Source: an uncultured Clostridia bacterium (GTDB taxonomy: Bacteria; Bacillota; Clostridia; TANB77; CAG-508). From it: a DNA stretch of 64,000 bases. How positions within the stretch are numbered: position 1 is the first letter of the stretch; every line of letters starts with the position of its first letter. The notes under the pieces were generated by a model, which saw only the letters and a list, made by a program, of their open reading frames with translations, was not told the origin of the DNA and ran no database searches. A program made the translations under genes and the position numbers. Below, one piece after another: positions 18,987-28,493 of the stretch. Where the stretch lies: positions 70,620-134,619 of the forward strand of contig CALXCB010000001.1 of NCBI GenBank assembly GCA_944386695.1. The letters are read 5' to 3'.

Positions 18987-20885
18987 TTAGTCTTTTAGCA
19001 ATTCTTCTAAAACTAGAATAAACATTGCATGACTCCAACCTAATGCTATTACCCAATTAGCTTTTAAAGTACTATTATCTACTTGTTCTCCTATAAAGTT
19101 TAATTTACTTACTGTTTTTACCACAAAATCAAAATTTTCCTTTGCCTTTTCCTTTTCGCCTTTTTCTAAATAGTATAAAGCCATCCACATATTTGCAATT
19201 GGCCATGGATTTCCATTCATATAATGATCTCCTTCAAACCTTTGAAATCCACCTGTATATGTTCGTAAACTTAAGTTTATTCTTTCGATTGTATTTAATA
19301 CTTTTTTCTCATTTGGCGTAAATAGTTTAAATGGTGTAACTGCTCCTATAAAGCTTATATCCATTTTTCTATCTTCTGCATTTCTAACATATGATTTCTT
19401 TTCTTCATCATACATATTTTCATTTATGTAGTTTTTTATTTTTACCTGAAGTTCCTCTATTTCTAATTTGGATTTTTGAATTTTTTCATCTTTTAACCTA
19501 TTGTTTTCAAAGTCAGATACATTTTTTCCTAGAGCTTTATATATTTTTAGCATTGAATCAAACGCTCCATAAATAGCTGCTAATGAGTATAAGTGTATTC
19601 CTTCACACATTTCCCATATATCATAACTTACATGATATTTTTTTGTATCTTCCAAAATATCTTTTGTATATCTTTTTAAGAAATCTATCGCTTTTTCGCA
19701 CATTGGCAAAGTTTCTTTCAAAAATTTCTCATTTTTGGTATATTCGAAATGAGAATATACTCCATAAACAACACTTGCTGTTTCATCTATTTGATATCCC
19801 CAACAAGGTGCTAAACGCATATCAGAAAAAAATCTTTGTTCCCATCTTCCATCTTTACTTTGAGTTTGCTTACAAAATATTTTATAAAATTTATCTACTT
19901 CTGTTTTCATTCCTAAAATATCCATAGCTTTTGTAATAAAGACTGCATCTCTTGGCCATGTATAAGCATATCTTCCGCATCTTGTAAAATCTTCATCTAT
20001 TTCTGGAGACGCTATTATTCCACCTGTATCAAAATTTGTTAGTAATGGGAATAATAATATACTTCTATAATAAATATCTGCTACTTTTTCTTCATAAAGA
20101 TTTTTTGGTTCTTTTAATTTTAAGCCATCATGTGATTTTACATATTTTCTCCAATAATTTTTTGTTTTTACATATTCTGTATTAAAATCTATTCTTCTTA
20201 TTCTCTCTATTTCCGTCTCTAAGTCTACCATTTCTTTAGGTTGTGATTGTGGTACCATACATATATCTATCTGTCTCTTTTCTCCAGGTGCTATTTTTCC
20301 AATATCATATGAAATAGATGAATCATTTGACATTCCTATATAATCTTTGTCCCATATTTCTCCTGATGAAATATTATTTTGGCTTCCATGTATTTGATGA
20401 GAAAATGTTTTTTGGTCTTTACTAAATGTTGATATCATAAAATCATGAGCATATTGTGTCATTCCGTTATCAATTAATTTACATCCTACAAAATTATTCT
20501 TATCAGAAAGTATTCCTTGATGAATTAAAAATTTTATGTCTAAATCTATTGAGTTTTCATTAATTAATGTAAATCTCCTTACTAAAACATTTTCTTTTAT
20601 TGGTATAAAATCTGTTTGCAAAATCTTTAACTCAAAATATGTATTAGTTATTTCTGTATTTAAAATATTTGTATCTATGTCATAATATTGCTTATATACA
20701 TTATTAATATCATTGTGTAAATAAATTAGATTTGAATCATTTATTTTTACTCCTATATGACTAAAATTTATATATTGCCTTAGACTCCTTTCTGGAAAGT
20801 ATAATCTTTGTAACTCTCCTTTGCTAGTATAGGTTGCAAGTATTCTTTTGTTTCCTACTATGGCTTCATTAAAATATTTTTCCAT
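18987..20885 (-). CDS. Glycoside hydrolase family 15 (glucoamylase/glucodextranase-like)
   Basis: N-terminal beta-sandwich plus (alpha/alpha)6 region with YTWPRDAVFITKAM and WEQRF motifs. Start set to ATG 20885 with RBS; the track start at 20942 lies inside the upstream terminator. Confidence 0.8.
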   Translation of the reverse strand: MEKYFNEAIVGNKRILATYTSKGELQRLYFPERSLRQYINFSHIGVKINDSNLIYLHNDINNVYKQYYDIDTNILNTEITNTYFELKILQTDFIPIKENVLVRRFTLINENSIDLDIKFLIHQGILSDKNNFVGCKLIDNGMTQYAHDFMISTFSKDQKTFSHQIHGSQNNISSGEIWDKDYIGMSNDSSISYDIGKIAPGEKRQIDICMVPQSQPKEMVDLETEIERIRRIDFNTEYVKTKNYWRKYVKSHDGLKLKEPKNLYEEKVADIYYRSILLFPLLTNFDTGGIIASPEIDEDFTRCGRYAYTWPRDAVFITKAMDILGMKTEVDKFYKIFCKQTQSKDGRWEQRFFSDMRLAPCWGYQIDETASVVYGVYSHFEYTKNEKFLKETLPMCEKAIDFLKRYTKDILEDTKKYHVSYDIWEMCEGIHLYSLAAIYGAFDSMLKIYKALGKNVSDFENNRLKDEKIQKSKLEIEELQVKIKNYINENMYDEEKKSYVRNAEDRKMDISFIGAVTPFKLFTPNEKKVLNTIERINLSLRTYTGGFQRFEGDHYMNGNPWPIANMWMALYYLEKGEKEKAKENFDFVVKTVSKLNFIGEQVDNSTLKANWVIALGWSHAMFILVLEELLKD

Positions 20886-20916
20886 TTTTCTTTTTCCTTT
20901 CTTCTCTTGCCTGGAT

Positions 20917-20968
20917 AAAAGGGACTGGGTCTTTTTTGGCAATGCACAAAAAAGACCTGGTCCCTTTT
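20917..20968 (-). terminator. Intrinsic terminator after the beta-CASP gene
   Basis: aaaagggactgggtctttttt ... aaaaaagacctggtccctttt forms a long stem with a T-run. Confidence 0.7.
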
Positions 20969-20969
20969 G

Positions 20970-22619
20970 TCATCCCTCTATTATTTTTAAAATATCTTGT
21001 TCTAAATCTTTCATTTTTTCTTTTATGCGGAACATATCTTCATCTTTTAAGTCTGGATTTGTTAAATCTTCTTCTACTGATTCTTTCATATCATCTATTT
21101 GTGCTTGAAGTTTTCCTAATCTTTCTATTATTTCTGTTTTTATTGTCTTTGGCTTATGTACTTTTATTGTTGCTAATAATTCTGGTACATCTTTTACGTC
21201 ATATGTTTCTCCATAATTTGGTATTGTTACTGGTATTTTTGCTTCATTTTGTATTTTCTCTTTTAAAGTTAACTCTGCCTCTTCTTCTCCATGTACTAAA
21301 AAAATATGCTTTGGCTTTTGTACATTAAAAGAATATACGAAATTCATTAACAATTCTTGATCAGCATGTCCAGAATATCCTTCTATATATTCTATTCTAG
21401 CATTTACTGCTATTTCTTCACCAAATATTTTTACTTTTTTAGCTCCATTTACTATACTGTATCCTAGAGTTCCTGGTGCTTGATATCCTACAAATAATAT
21501 CGTATTTTTTTTATCCCATAAATTATGTTTTAGATGATGTTTTATTCTTCCTACATCACACATTCCACTTGCTGAAATTATTATTGATGGTGTGATATTA
21601 TCATTTAATGCTTTTGATTCTTCTGCTGATACTGTAAAATGTAAACCCGGAAATTCTAGCGGGTTATCACCTTTATCTATTTCTGCTTTAGTTTTTTCAT
21701 CAAATAAATCCATATTTTCTTTAAATACCTCTGTCGCTGATATTGCAAGTGGACTATCTACATATACAGGTGCTTTCATAAGTAATTTGTATTCTCTTAA
21801 AAATTCCTCATTTTCTTTATTGTTTTCTTTTATCCTATTTAATTCATATAATATTTCTTGTGTTCTGCCTACTGCAAAAGAAGGAATTATTACATTACCT
21901 CCACCTTCTAAAGTTTCTGATACTATTTTTAAAAATATTTCTGCTTTATCATCATTTCTCATATGAAGTCGATTTCCATATGTTGATTCCATAACTAAAT
22001 AATCTGCATCTTCTATCATTGTAGGTTCATTAAGTAATGGTATATCATTATTTCCTATATCTCCTGAAAATACAGTTTTTATATTCTTTCCATCTTCTTT
22101 TACCCATACTTCTATTATACTTGATCCCAACATATGCCCAGCATCATTAAATCTAACATGTATTTCTGGAGTTATTTCTATAATTTCATCATACTGTACT
22201 TCTCTGAATATTTCTAAACATCTTGCTGCATCTTCTGCTGTATACATTGGAGGAAGTGGTGCTTCTCCTTTTCTTTTTCTTTTTTTATTTTTCCATTCAA
22301 CTTCCATCTCTTGAATATGACCACTATCTGGTAACATTAAACTACATAAATCACAAGTCGCTTTATGTGCATATACTGGTTTTTTAAATCCTTCATTGTA
22401 TAATTTTGGAATTCTTCCAGAATGATCAATATGTGCATGTGTTAAAAGCACAAAATCTATTTCTTCTACCTTAAAATCAAAAGGTGCTTCATTATTAAAT
22501 TCCTCTTCAGCTTCTCCTTGATACATTCCACAATCTACTAGAAATTTTTTTCCAGCTGCTTCAACTAAAAAATTTGAACCCGTTACTGTCTTAGTGGCTC
22601 CTAAAAATGTAATTTTCAT
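20970..22619 (-). CDS. MBL-fold beta-CASP RNA-metabolising hydrolase
   Basis: HAHIDHSGRIP (HxHxDH) with beta-CASP and RMMBL-like regions. Coiled C-terminal tail. Confidence 0.8.
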   Translation of the reverse strand: MKITFLGATKTVTGSNFLVEAAGKKFLVDCGMYQGEAEEEFNNEAPFDFKVEEIDFVLLTHAHIDHSGRIPKLYNEGFKKPVYAHKATCDLCSLMLPDSGHIQEMEVEWKNKKRKRKGEAPLPPMYTAEDAARCLEIFREVQYDEIIEITPEIHVRFNDAGHMLGSSIIEVWVKEDGKNIKTVFSGDIGNNDIPLLNEPTMIEDADYLVMESTYGNRLHMRNDDKAEIFLKIVSETLEGGGNVIIPSFAVGRTQEILYELNRIKENNKENEEFLREYKLLMKAPVYVDSPLAISATEVFKENMDLFDEKTKAEIDKGDNPLEFPGLHFTVSAEESKALNDNITPSIIISASGMCDVGRIKHHLKHNLWDKKNTILFVGYQAPGTLGYSIVNGAKKVKIFGEEIAVNARIEYIEGYSGHADQELLMNFVYSFNVQKPKHIFLVHGEEEAELTLKEKIQNEAKIPVTIPNYGETYDVKDVPELLATIKVHKPKTIKTEIIERLGKLQAQIDDMKESVEEDLTNPDLKDEDMFRIKEKMKDLEQDILKIIEG

Positions 22620-22634
22620 CTATACCCTTCTTTC

Positions 22635-24203
22635 TTATATAAATAATTTATTTTTTTTATTAAATTTTATTTTTATTTTATCTTTGGTTGTATTTTCTAG
22701 ATTCATCTTATTGTCTTCAATTTCTTCATCAAAAATGATTAAACATATATTATTGTTATCTATTGTTGGTTTAATATAAATATCTTCGAGTGATATAATT
22801 TTTAACAAAATTAATTTTTTTGTAATTTCTGTGTTTTGTTCTTCATCATCTATTATTTTGTTTATAACTTTAAGTTTTATTGCTTTGTTTATAATATAGT
22901 TTGCTAATTCTTCTAAATTTTCCCTTAATTCTTTTACATTATATAGGTATCTTCTTTTAGTTATTGGTAAATAACTATAATATCTATATTCATATATTAA
23001 ATCTTTTAATTTCTTTTTATCTTTTATTTTTTTTATTTTTATATAAAAACATTTTATTATTAATTTTTGTAATTCTATTTCTTTATTGTATATGCTTTTA
23101 TCTATGTTTTTTTGTATTGGAATATCTATATATTTTAATTTTTGTTCTATTGTTTGCTTCTTTTTAAAATATTCCTCTGGTTCCATATTTTTATTTAATT
23201 CTTTAATTGCTAATAAGCATTCTTTTCTTTCTTTTTTTAATTCATTTTTAAAAACTCTTATACTAAATATTTTTTTTTCTAAAGGTAATTTTTTATTTCT
23301 TTTGTCATATTCTTTACTTAAAAGAACTTGATTATGTACTATTTTATCAATTTTCTTTATTTCTTTTTCTTTAGTTTTTTTAGTATTGGAGAGTTTTGTG
23401 ATATATTCTTCCTTATTTATGTAATTTAATAATTCTTTTTCTAGTTGAATCTTTTTATTCTCTATTTCTATTTTAAATTTTTCATCATATTTTATATTTA
23501 TCATTATTGATAACTGTATTAAGTTATTTAAAATTTCATCTTTAATTTCTTTTCCATAAAGAGTCTCTAATTTGCTTTGGAATAATTCAAAATAGTCAAC
23601 TAAAGAATCATAGTTATTTACCCATTTATCTATTGATGCATTTCCTATTAGAAAAATTATATTTTGGTATATTAAATTACAATTTAGTTCTTCAATATCT
23701 TTAACTATAATATTCCAAGAGAATCCATTAAAATCTCTTAATGGCTCTACCATATTTATATTATTACCTGTATTTAATACAAAAGAAACAGCTTCTTCTA
23801 TACTTTTATCTAAATAGTTTACAACAACTTTTCTTTTTTGTAATTTTGCAATTAGATATAATAATTTTGTTTCTATTGGAAAACATACAATTTTCTTTTG
23901 TTCTCTATCTACTGTTTCTTCTTGAGCATTTGGTTTATCAATAAACTCTATTTTTTTGCAATTTTTTTCTATTATATTTATTAATTTTTCTATATAATCT
24001 TGTTTTTCAAAAGTTTCTTTTTTTATTGTTTTATAATCATCATAACCATTTTCAATCTTATAAAATATATTTAATAAGGTATTTTTCACATCTTCTGAAA
24101 AACTTTTTTTACTTAGTACTTCTTCAAGATTATTATTATAATCTTTTTTTACTATTTTACTCAAAAGTTTATCTTTCAAAATTCTTATCCTTTCAGGTAC
24201 CAT
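22635..24203 (-). CDS. Hypothetical Lys/Glu/Ile/Asn-rich protein, no recognisable domain
   Basis: Long uninterrupted ORF in an AT-rich genome. The ATG at 24203 lies inside a hairpin stem. An alternative TTG at 24179 is preceded by GAAAGGA. Confidence 0.5.
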   Translation of the reverse strand: MVPERIRILKDKLLSKIVKKDYNNNLEEVLSKKSFSEDVKNTLLNIFYKIENGYDDYKTIKKETFEKQDYIEKLINIIEKNCKKIEFIDKPNAQEETVDREQKKIVCFPIETKLLYLIAKLQKRKVVVNYLDKSIEEAVSFVLNTGNNINMVEPLRDFNGFSWNIIVKDIEELNCNLIYQNIIFLIGNASIDKWVNNYDSLVDYFELFQSKLETLYGKEIKDEILNNLIQLSIMINIKYDEKFKIEIENKKIQLEKELLNYINKEEYITKLSNTKKTKEKEIKKIDKIVHNQVLLSKEYDKRNKKLPLEKKIFSIRVFKNELKKERKECLLAIKELNKNMEPEEYFKKKQTIEQKLKYIDIPIQKNIDKSIYNKEIELQKLIIKCFYIKIKKIKDKKKLKDLIYEYRYYSYLPITKRRYLYNVKELRENLEELANYIINKAIKLKVINKIIDDEEQNTEITKKLILLKIISLEDIYIKPTIDNNNICLIIFDEEIEDNKMNLENTTKDKIKIKFNKKNKLFI

Positions 24204-24257
24204 TTGGACCGGTTCTTTTTGATCCCGGAACCCAAAAGAACCGGTCCAAATGGTACA
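24198..24257. terminator. Perfect 23-bp stem hairpin just after the ftsK stop
   Basis: gtaccatttggaccggttctttt / aaaagaaccggtccaaatggtac. No clear U-tract on the minus strand. Confidence 0.5.
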
Positions 24258-24263
24258 ATATTT

Positions 24264-26754
24264 TTAGTTTTCTTCTGCGTTGTTTCCCATCTTCATTTCT
24301 GCTAACTTTTCCAATGTCCATAAAACTTCTCTTGGCTTACTTCCTTGATAGCCTGATATAACTCCTCTTTCTTCCATTTGATCTATAATTCTTCCTGCTC
24401 TTGCATAACCAACTTTAAATTTTCTTTGAATGAACGATGTTGATGCTTGTCCAGTTTCTACAACTGTATCTATTGCTTCTTGTAAAAATGGGTCTGTATC
24501 ATCTTGAGATGCTTGCTCTGCTGCCATATTTTTTATTTGTTCTTCTTTTGTTCCATTCTCAATTGTATCTATTATATCTTCACTATACACTGCTGTTCCA
24601 TTTGATTTTATAAATTCAACGATTTCTTCAACTTCATCATCTGATATAAATGCTCCCTGCACTCTAGTAGGTTTTGCAGCACCTGCCGGAAAATATAACA
24701 TATCTCCTTTTCCCAAAAGCTTTTCAGCTCCTACTTGATCTAGGATCGTTCTTGAATCAACTTGTGATGATACTGCAAAAGCTATTCTTGATGGTACATT
24801 AGCTTTGATCAATCCTGTTATAACATCTACAGATGGTCTTTGTGTTGCAATAACTAGATGCATTCCTGCAGCTCTTGCTTTTTGTGCTAATCTACAAATA
24901 GCTTCTTCAACATCTTTTGCTGCAACCATCATTAAATCTGCAAGCTCATCTATAATAATTATAATTTGTGGCAATGTACCTGTTCCCTCTTTTTCTGCCA
25001 CTTTATTATATCCTGTTAGATCTCTCACGCCTTTTTCTGCAAACAAATTATATCTATTGTCCATTTCTTGTACAGCCCAAGCTAAAGCTCCTGCTGCTTT
25101 TTTAGGATCTGTTACAACTGGTATTAAAAGATGTGGTATTCCATTATAGACAGAAAGTTCAACAACTTTAGGATCAACCATTACCATCTTTACTTCACTT
25201 GGTTTGCTGTTGTATATTATACTTGCTATTATTGTATTTATACATACTGATTTACCTGACCCTGTTGATCCTGCTATTAATACATGTGGCATTTTTGCAA
25301 TATCTGCAATAACAGGACTTCCTGCTACATCTTTTCCTAAAGCGACACTAAGTTTTGAATTATTATTTTTAAATTCATCACTTTCAATAACTTCTCTTAA
25401 TCCTACCATTTCTTTCTTTTTGTTTGGAACTTCTATTCCAACTGCCTGCTTTCCAGGTATTGGTGCTTCTATCCTTATTGTTTCTGCTGCTAAGTTTAAT
25501 GCGATATCATCAGCTAAGTTAGCAATTTTACTAACTCTTACACCTTCTGCTGGTTTTAATTCATATCTTGTTATTGCTGGACCTAGTGTTACATTTTCTA
25601 CTTTTGCAGAAACTCCAAAACTATATAATGTTCTTTGAAGCTTTGCTGCTGTATCTGTTAACGATTTCGTTCCTCCTTTTAATGACGTTTTCTCTGCTTT
25701 ATGTAAAATTTTAACTGGTGGAAAAACATAATTATCATCTTCTACTGAAACAGTATGCTCTAATTGTAACACTTGTTTTGTTTTATCTTGCTTTTGCTCT
25801 TCTTGTTGTACAAATAAATTATTTTCCTTTTCTGCTTCTAAAATTTCACCTGTCTCTTCATCAATTCCTATAATGCTACTCGCTGTTTGAGAAACACTTG
25901 GCTCTTTTTCTTTTCTTCCTTGTCTATATATTAAATTTTTTAATCCTTTTTGCTTCTTTTCTTCGTCTTCTATAATCCTTCCGTTTAAATTTATTTTGAT
26001 TTGCTCTGGCTGGATTTCTTGATTTGATAATTCTCTATTTATGTGATGATTTCTATTTTCTTCCTGTAATCTATGTTTCCTTTGTTCTGCAATTTCTGCT
26101 CTTCTCTGAGCTAAATATTCCTCCTTCTCTTTTCTTCTTTCTTCTTTTTCAATCTTTCTTTCTTCTTTTCTTTCTATATATTCTTCAACTTTAGTACTTA
26201 TATATTCAGATATATCAATTCCACATACAAATGCAAATAACATAATAGAAACACCTATACTTAGCACAACAGCTCCGAGATTTCCAAATAATCTAACCAA
26301 AAAAATTGCGGCAAGGGTACCTATTACTCCTCCTCCTTGATTCATAGTCCCTAAACTATATGCTTCTTTCAAATTTTGTGACATATTTCCTACTGTTTCT
26401 ATATTTCCTATCGATATTTGATATACACTCATTACTACAGCTATACATATAAGTAAAACTGCATATTGTACCAGCCTTGCTGTCATATAGTCCTCTTCAT
26501 CTTTGCATGCCATTTTTATTGCTATAGCAAATGTTCCGTATCGGAAGTACATATTTCAAAATTCCCATAAGACCGCCTAAAACTTCATTTAGTTTTTGAC
26601 CTATTTCTCCTGAGTTAGTATATAACAGCACTGCTAGAAGAACACTAAAAACTATTGTTCCTATGACACTTAAGTTTATTTCTTGTTTATTATTTTTTCT
26701 TTTTGATTTATAAGTTGTTTTACTTTTTGTATTTCTCCTTCTTCCTTTAGCCAT
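24264..26754 (-). CDS. ftsK: DNA translocase FtsK/SpoIIIE, frame interrupted (+1 needed) at CGG 26536-26538
   Basis: N-terminal TM part (ORF 26497..26754) plus motor (ORF 24264..26552) with Walker [17 protein letters not shown] and a gamma winged-helix C-terminus. Confidence 0.9.
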
Positions 26755-26904
26755 TGTTTATCATCCTTCCAATTGTTTTGTATACATCTTACATTTATTA
26801 TAATTTTACATAGTATATTGTATCAAAAGTAAAAAAAAATAGCAATAAATTTTGCTATTTTTTATACAGTTTTTCTAGCAAGTTCGTTTAATAAAAACAG
26901 TAAA

Positions 26905-27408
26905 TTATTGCAATTCTTTCCTACTGTTTTGAACTGTTTTTATAGTGTCTTCTAATGACATTTGCATCAAATTTAGTGCTTGTGACATATTTTTTTCTAA
27001 GTTAGCTAATGTATCTGCCAAAACTTTTTCTGTATTTTGTAATAAATTGTCAGCATATTCTTTTGTTCCATTTGTTATTTCTCTTGACATTTCATTTGCC
27101 GTTTCTATTATTTCATTCTTTTGATCATATGCCTTCCTTGTTATTTCGTGTTCATCAATCATTGAAATAATTCGATTTTCAGCTTCTTTTACTACTGTAT
27201 CAGCTTCTTTTTGCGCCTCTTGTAATATACGTTGTCTTTCTTCTTTTACCCATTTAGCTTGTTTTAATTCATCTGGGAGCTTTAGTCTAATCTCCTGTAT
27301 AATTTCAACAATCTCCTCTTTATCAACTATTGATTTATTAGTAAATGGTACTGATTTACTCTTTTCTAGTATATCTTCTAAGGTTTCTAACAATGTAAAT
27401 ATCTCCAT
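26905..27408 (-). CDS. Hypothetical coiled-coil protein
   Basis: 167 aa, charged and helical (KQAKWVKEERQRILQEAQKEAD...). Conserved position upstream of ftsK and downstream of rsmD. Confidence 0.4.
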   Translation of the reverse strand: MEIFTLLETLEDILEKSKSVPFTNKSIVDKEEIVEIIQEIRLKLPDELKQAKWVKEERQRILQEAQKEADTVVKEAENRIISMIDEHEITRKAYDQKNEIIETANEMSREITNGTKEYADNLLQNTEKVLADTLANLEKNMSQALNLMQMSLEDTIKTVQNSRKELQ

Positions 27409-27411
27409 TTT

Positions 27412-27981
27412 TTACTCTTCCTTTCCGTTCATTTTCTTTAAGAACAAAATATGTACTCTTCCATATTTTCTTTTATCTGTTATCTCTATGTTTTTTATCT
27501 TTTTTAGTTGCTTAATTATTATTTCTTCTTCATCTGTTTCTGCAATTATCAGAGTTCTTTCATCTAAATATTCATTTTTTAATAATTCAGAAATTGCAAT
27601 TTTTATAAAATCAGTTTTATAAGGCGGATCTAAATAAATAATATCAAACTTTTGGTTCTTGAACTTGTTTATTGCCTCAATAAAATCTAAATTATATAAT
27701 TCTATTTTTTGTCCAAGATGGGTTTTTTCTATATTTTTTCTAATAACTTTGCAAGCTTCTTTAGAACTATCACATAAATATACTTTCTTCGCGCCTCTAC
27801 TTGCAAATTCTAGACCAATTGCCCCACTTCCAGAAAACAAATCTAAAACTATTGCATCTTCTATATCATTAAAAATTATATTGAATATGGATTCTTTTAC
27901 TCTATCTAATGTTGGCCTTGTTGATATTCCTTCTAATGTATACAATTTAGTTCCTTTAGCTGTTCCACTTATGATTCTCAT
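27412..27981 (-). CDS. rsmD: 16S rRNA (guanine966-N2)-methyltransferase
   Basis: RIISG..RPT.DRVKE..F, DLFSGSGAIGLEFASRGA and DPPY motifs. Confidence 0.9.
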   Translation of the reverse strand: MRIISGTAKGTKLYTLEGISTRPTLDRVKESIFNIIFNDIEDAIVLDLFSGSGAIGLEFASRGAKKVYLCDSSKEACKVIRKNIEKTHLGQKIELYNLDFIEAINKFKNQKFDIIYLDPPYKTDFIKIAISELLKNEYLDERTLIIAETDEEEIIIKQLKKIKNIEITDKRKYGRVHILFLKKMNGKEE

Positions 27982-28139
27982 ATTGTCTCTCCACTTCGTT
28001 TCATTCTTTGTACATTGTCTAATACTTTTTACAAGTTAAATTTTTTCTTAAAAGAAAAATATTCGTAAAATATTTCATACTACTATTTTATATATTTTTT
28101 TTCTAAAGTCAATAAATTTCACAAAAATGTAATATAATA

Positions 28140-28418
28140 TTAATATTCCTGTAATATTACATAAATATTACAGTTTTTTGTAATCTTTTTTTCAAAAAAA
28201 ATTGGTCTCAATGAAAAAATTTTCATTAAGACCCGGTCTTTTATTGAAATTTTCTTGGTTATCGCCTTTAAAGCTTTCTCTCTTGGTAATATTACAGTGT
28301 GTCCACATCCTTTACATTTAAGTTTAAAATCGACACCAATTCTCGTTATTTCCCAAATTTTACTACCACATGGATGTTGCTTTTTGGTTCTTACAATATC
28401 TCCTACATTATATTCCAT
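28140..28418 (-). CDS. DUF951 family small protein. The likely true product ends near 28226 after a +1 shift at CGG 28233-28235.
   Basis: VGDIVRTKKQHPCGSKIWEITRIGVDFKLKCKGCGHTVILPR is the DUF951 core. The 0-frame tail reads through the terminator hairpin and T-tract. Confidence 0.75.
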   Translation of the reverse strand: MEYNVGDIVRTKKQHPCGSKIWEITRIGVDFKLKCKGCGHTVILPREKALKAITKKISIKDRVLMKIFSLRPIFFEKKITKNCNIYVILQEY

Positions 28419-28493
28419 AAATTGACTCTTCCTTATTTAATATAAACTTTGTTAGTTCTTTTCTTATTTTAGAACTTATTATATTTTTTTGTA

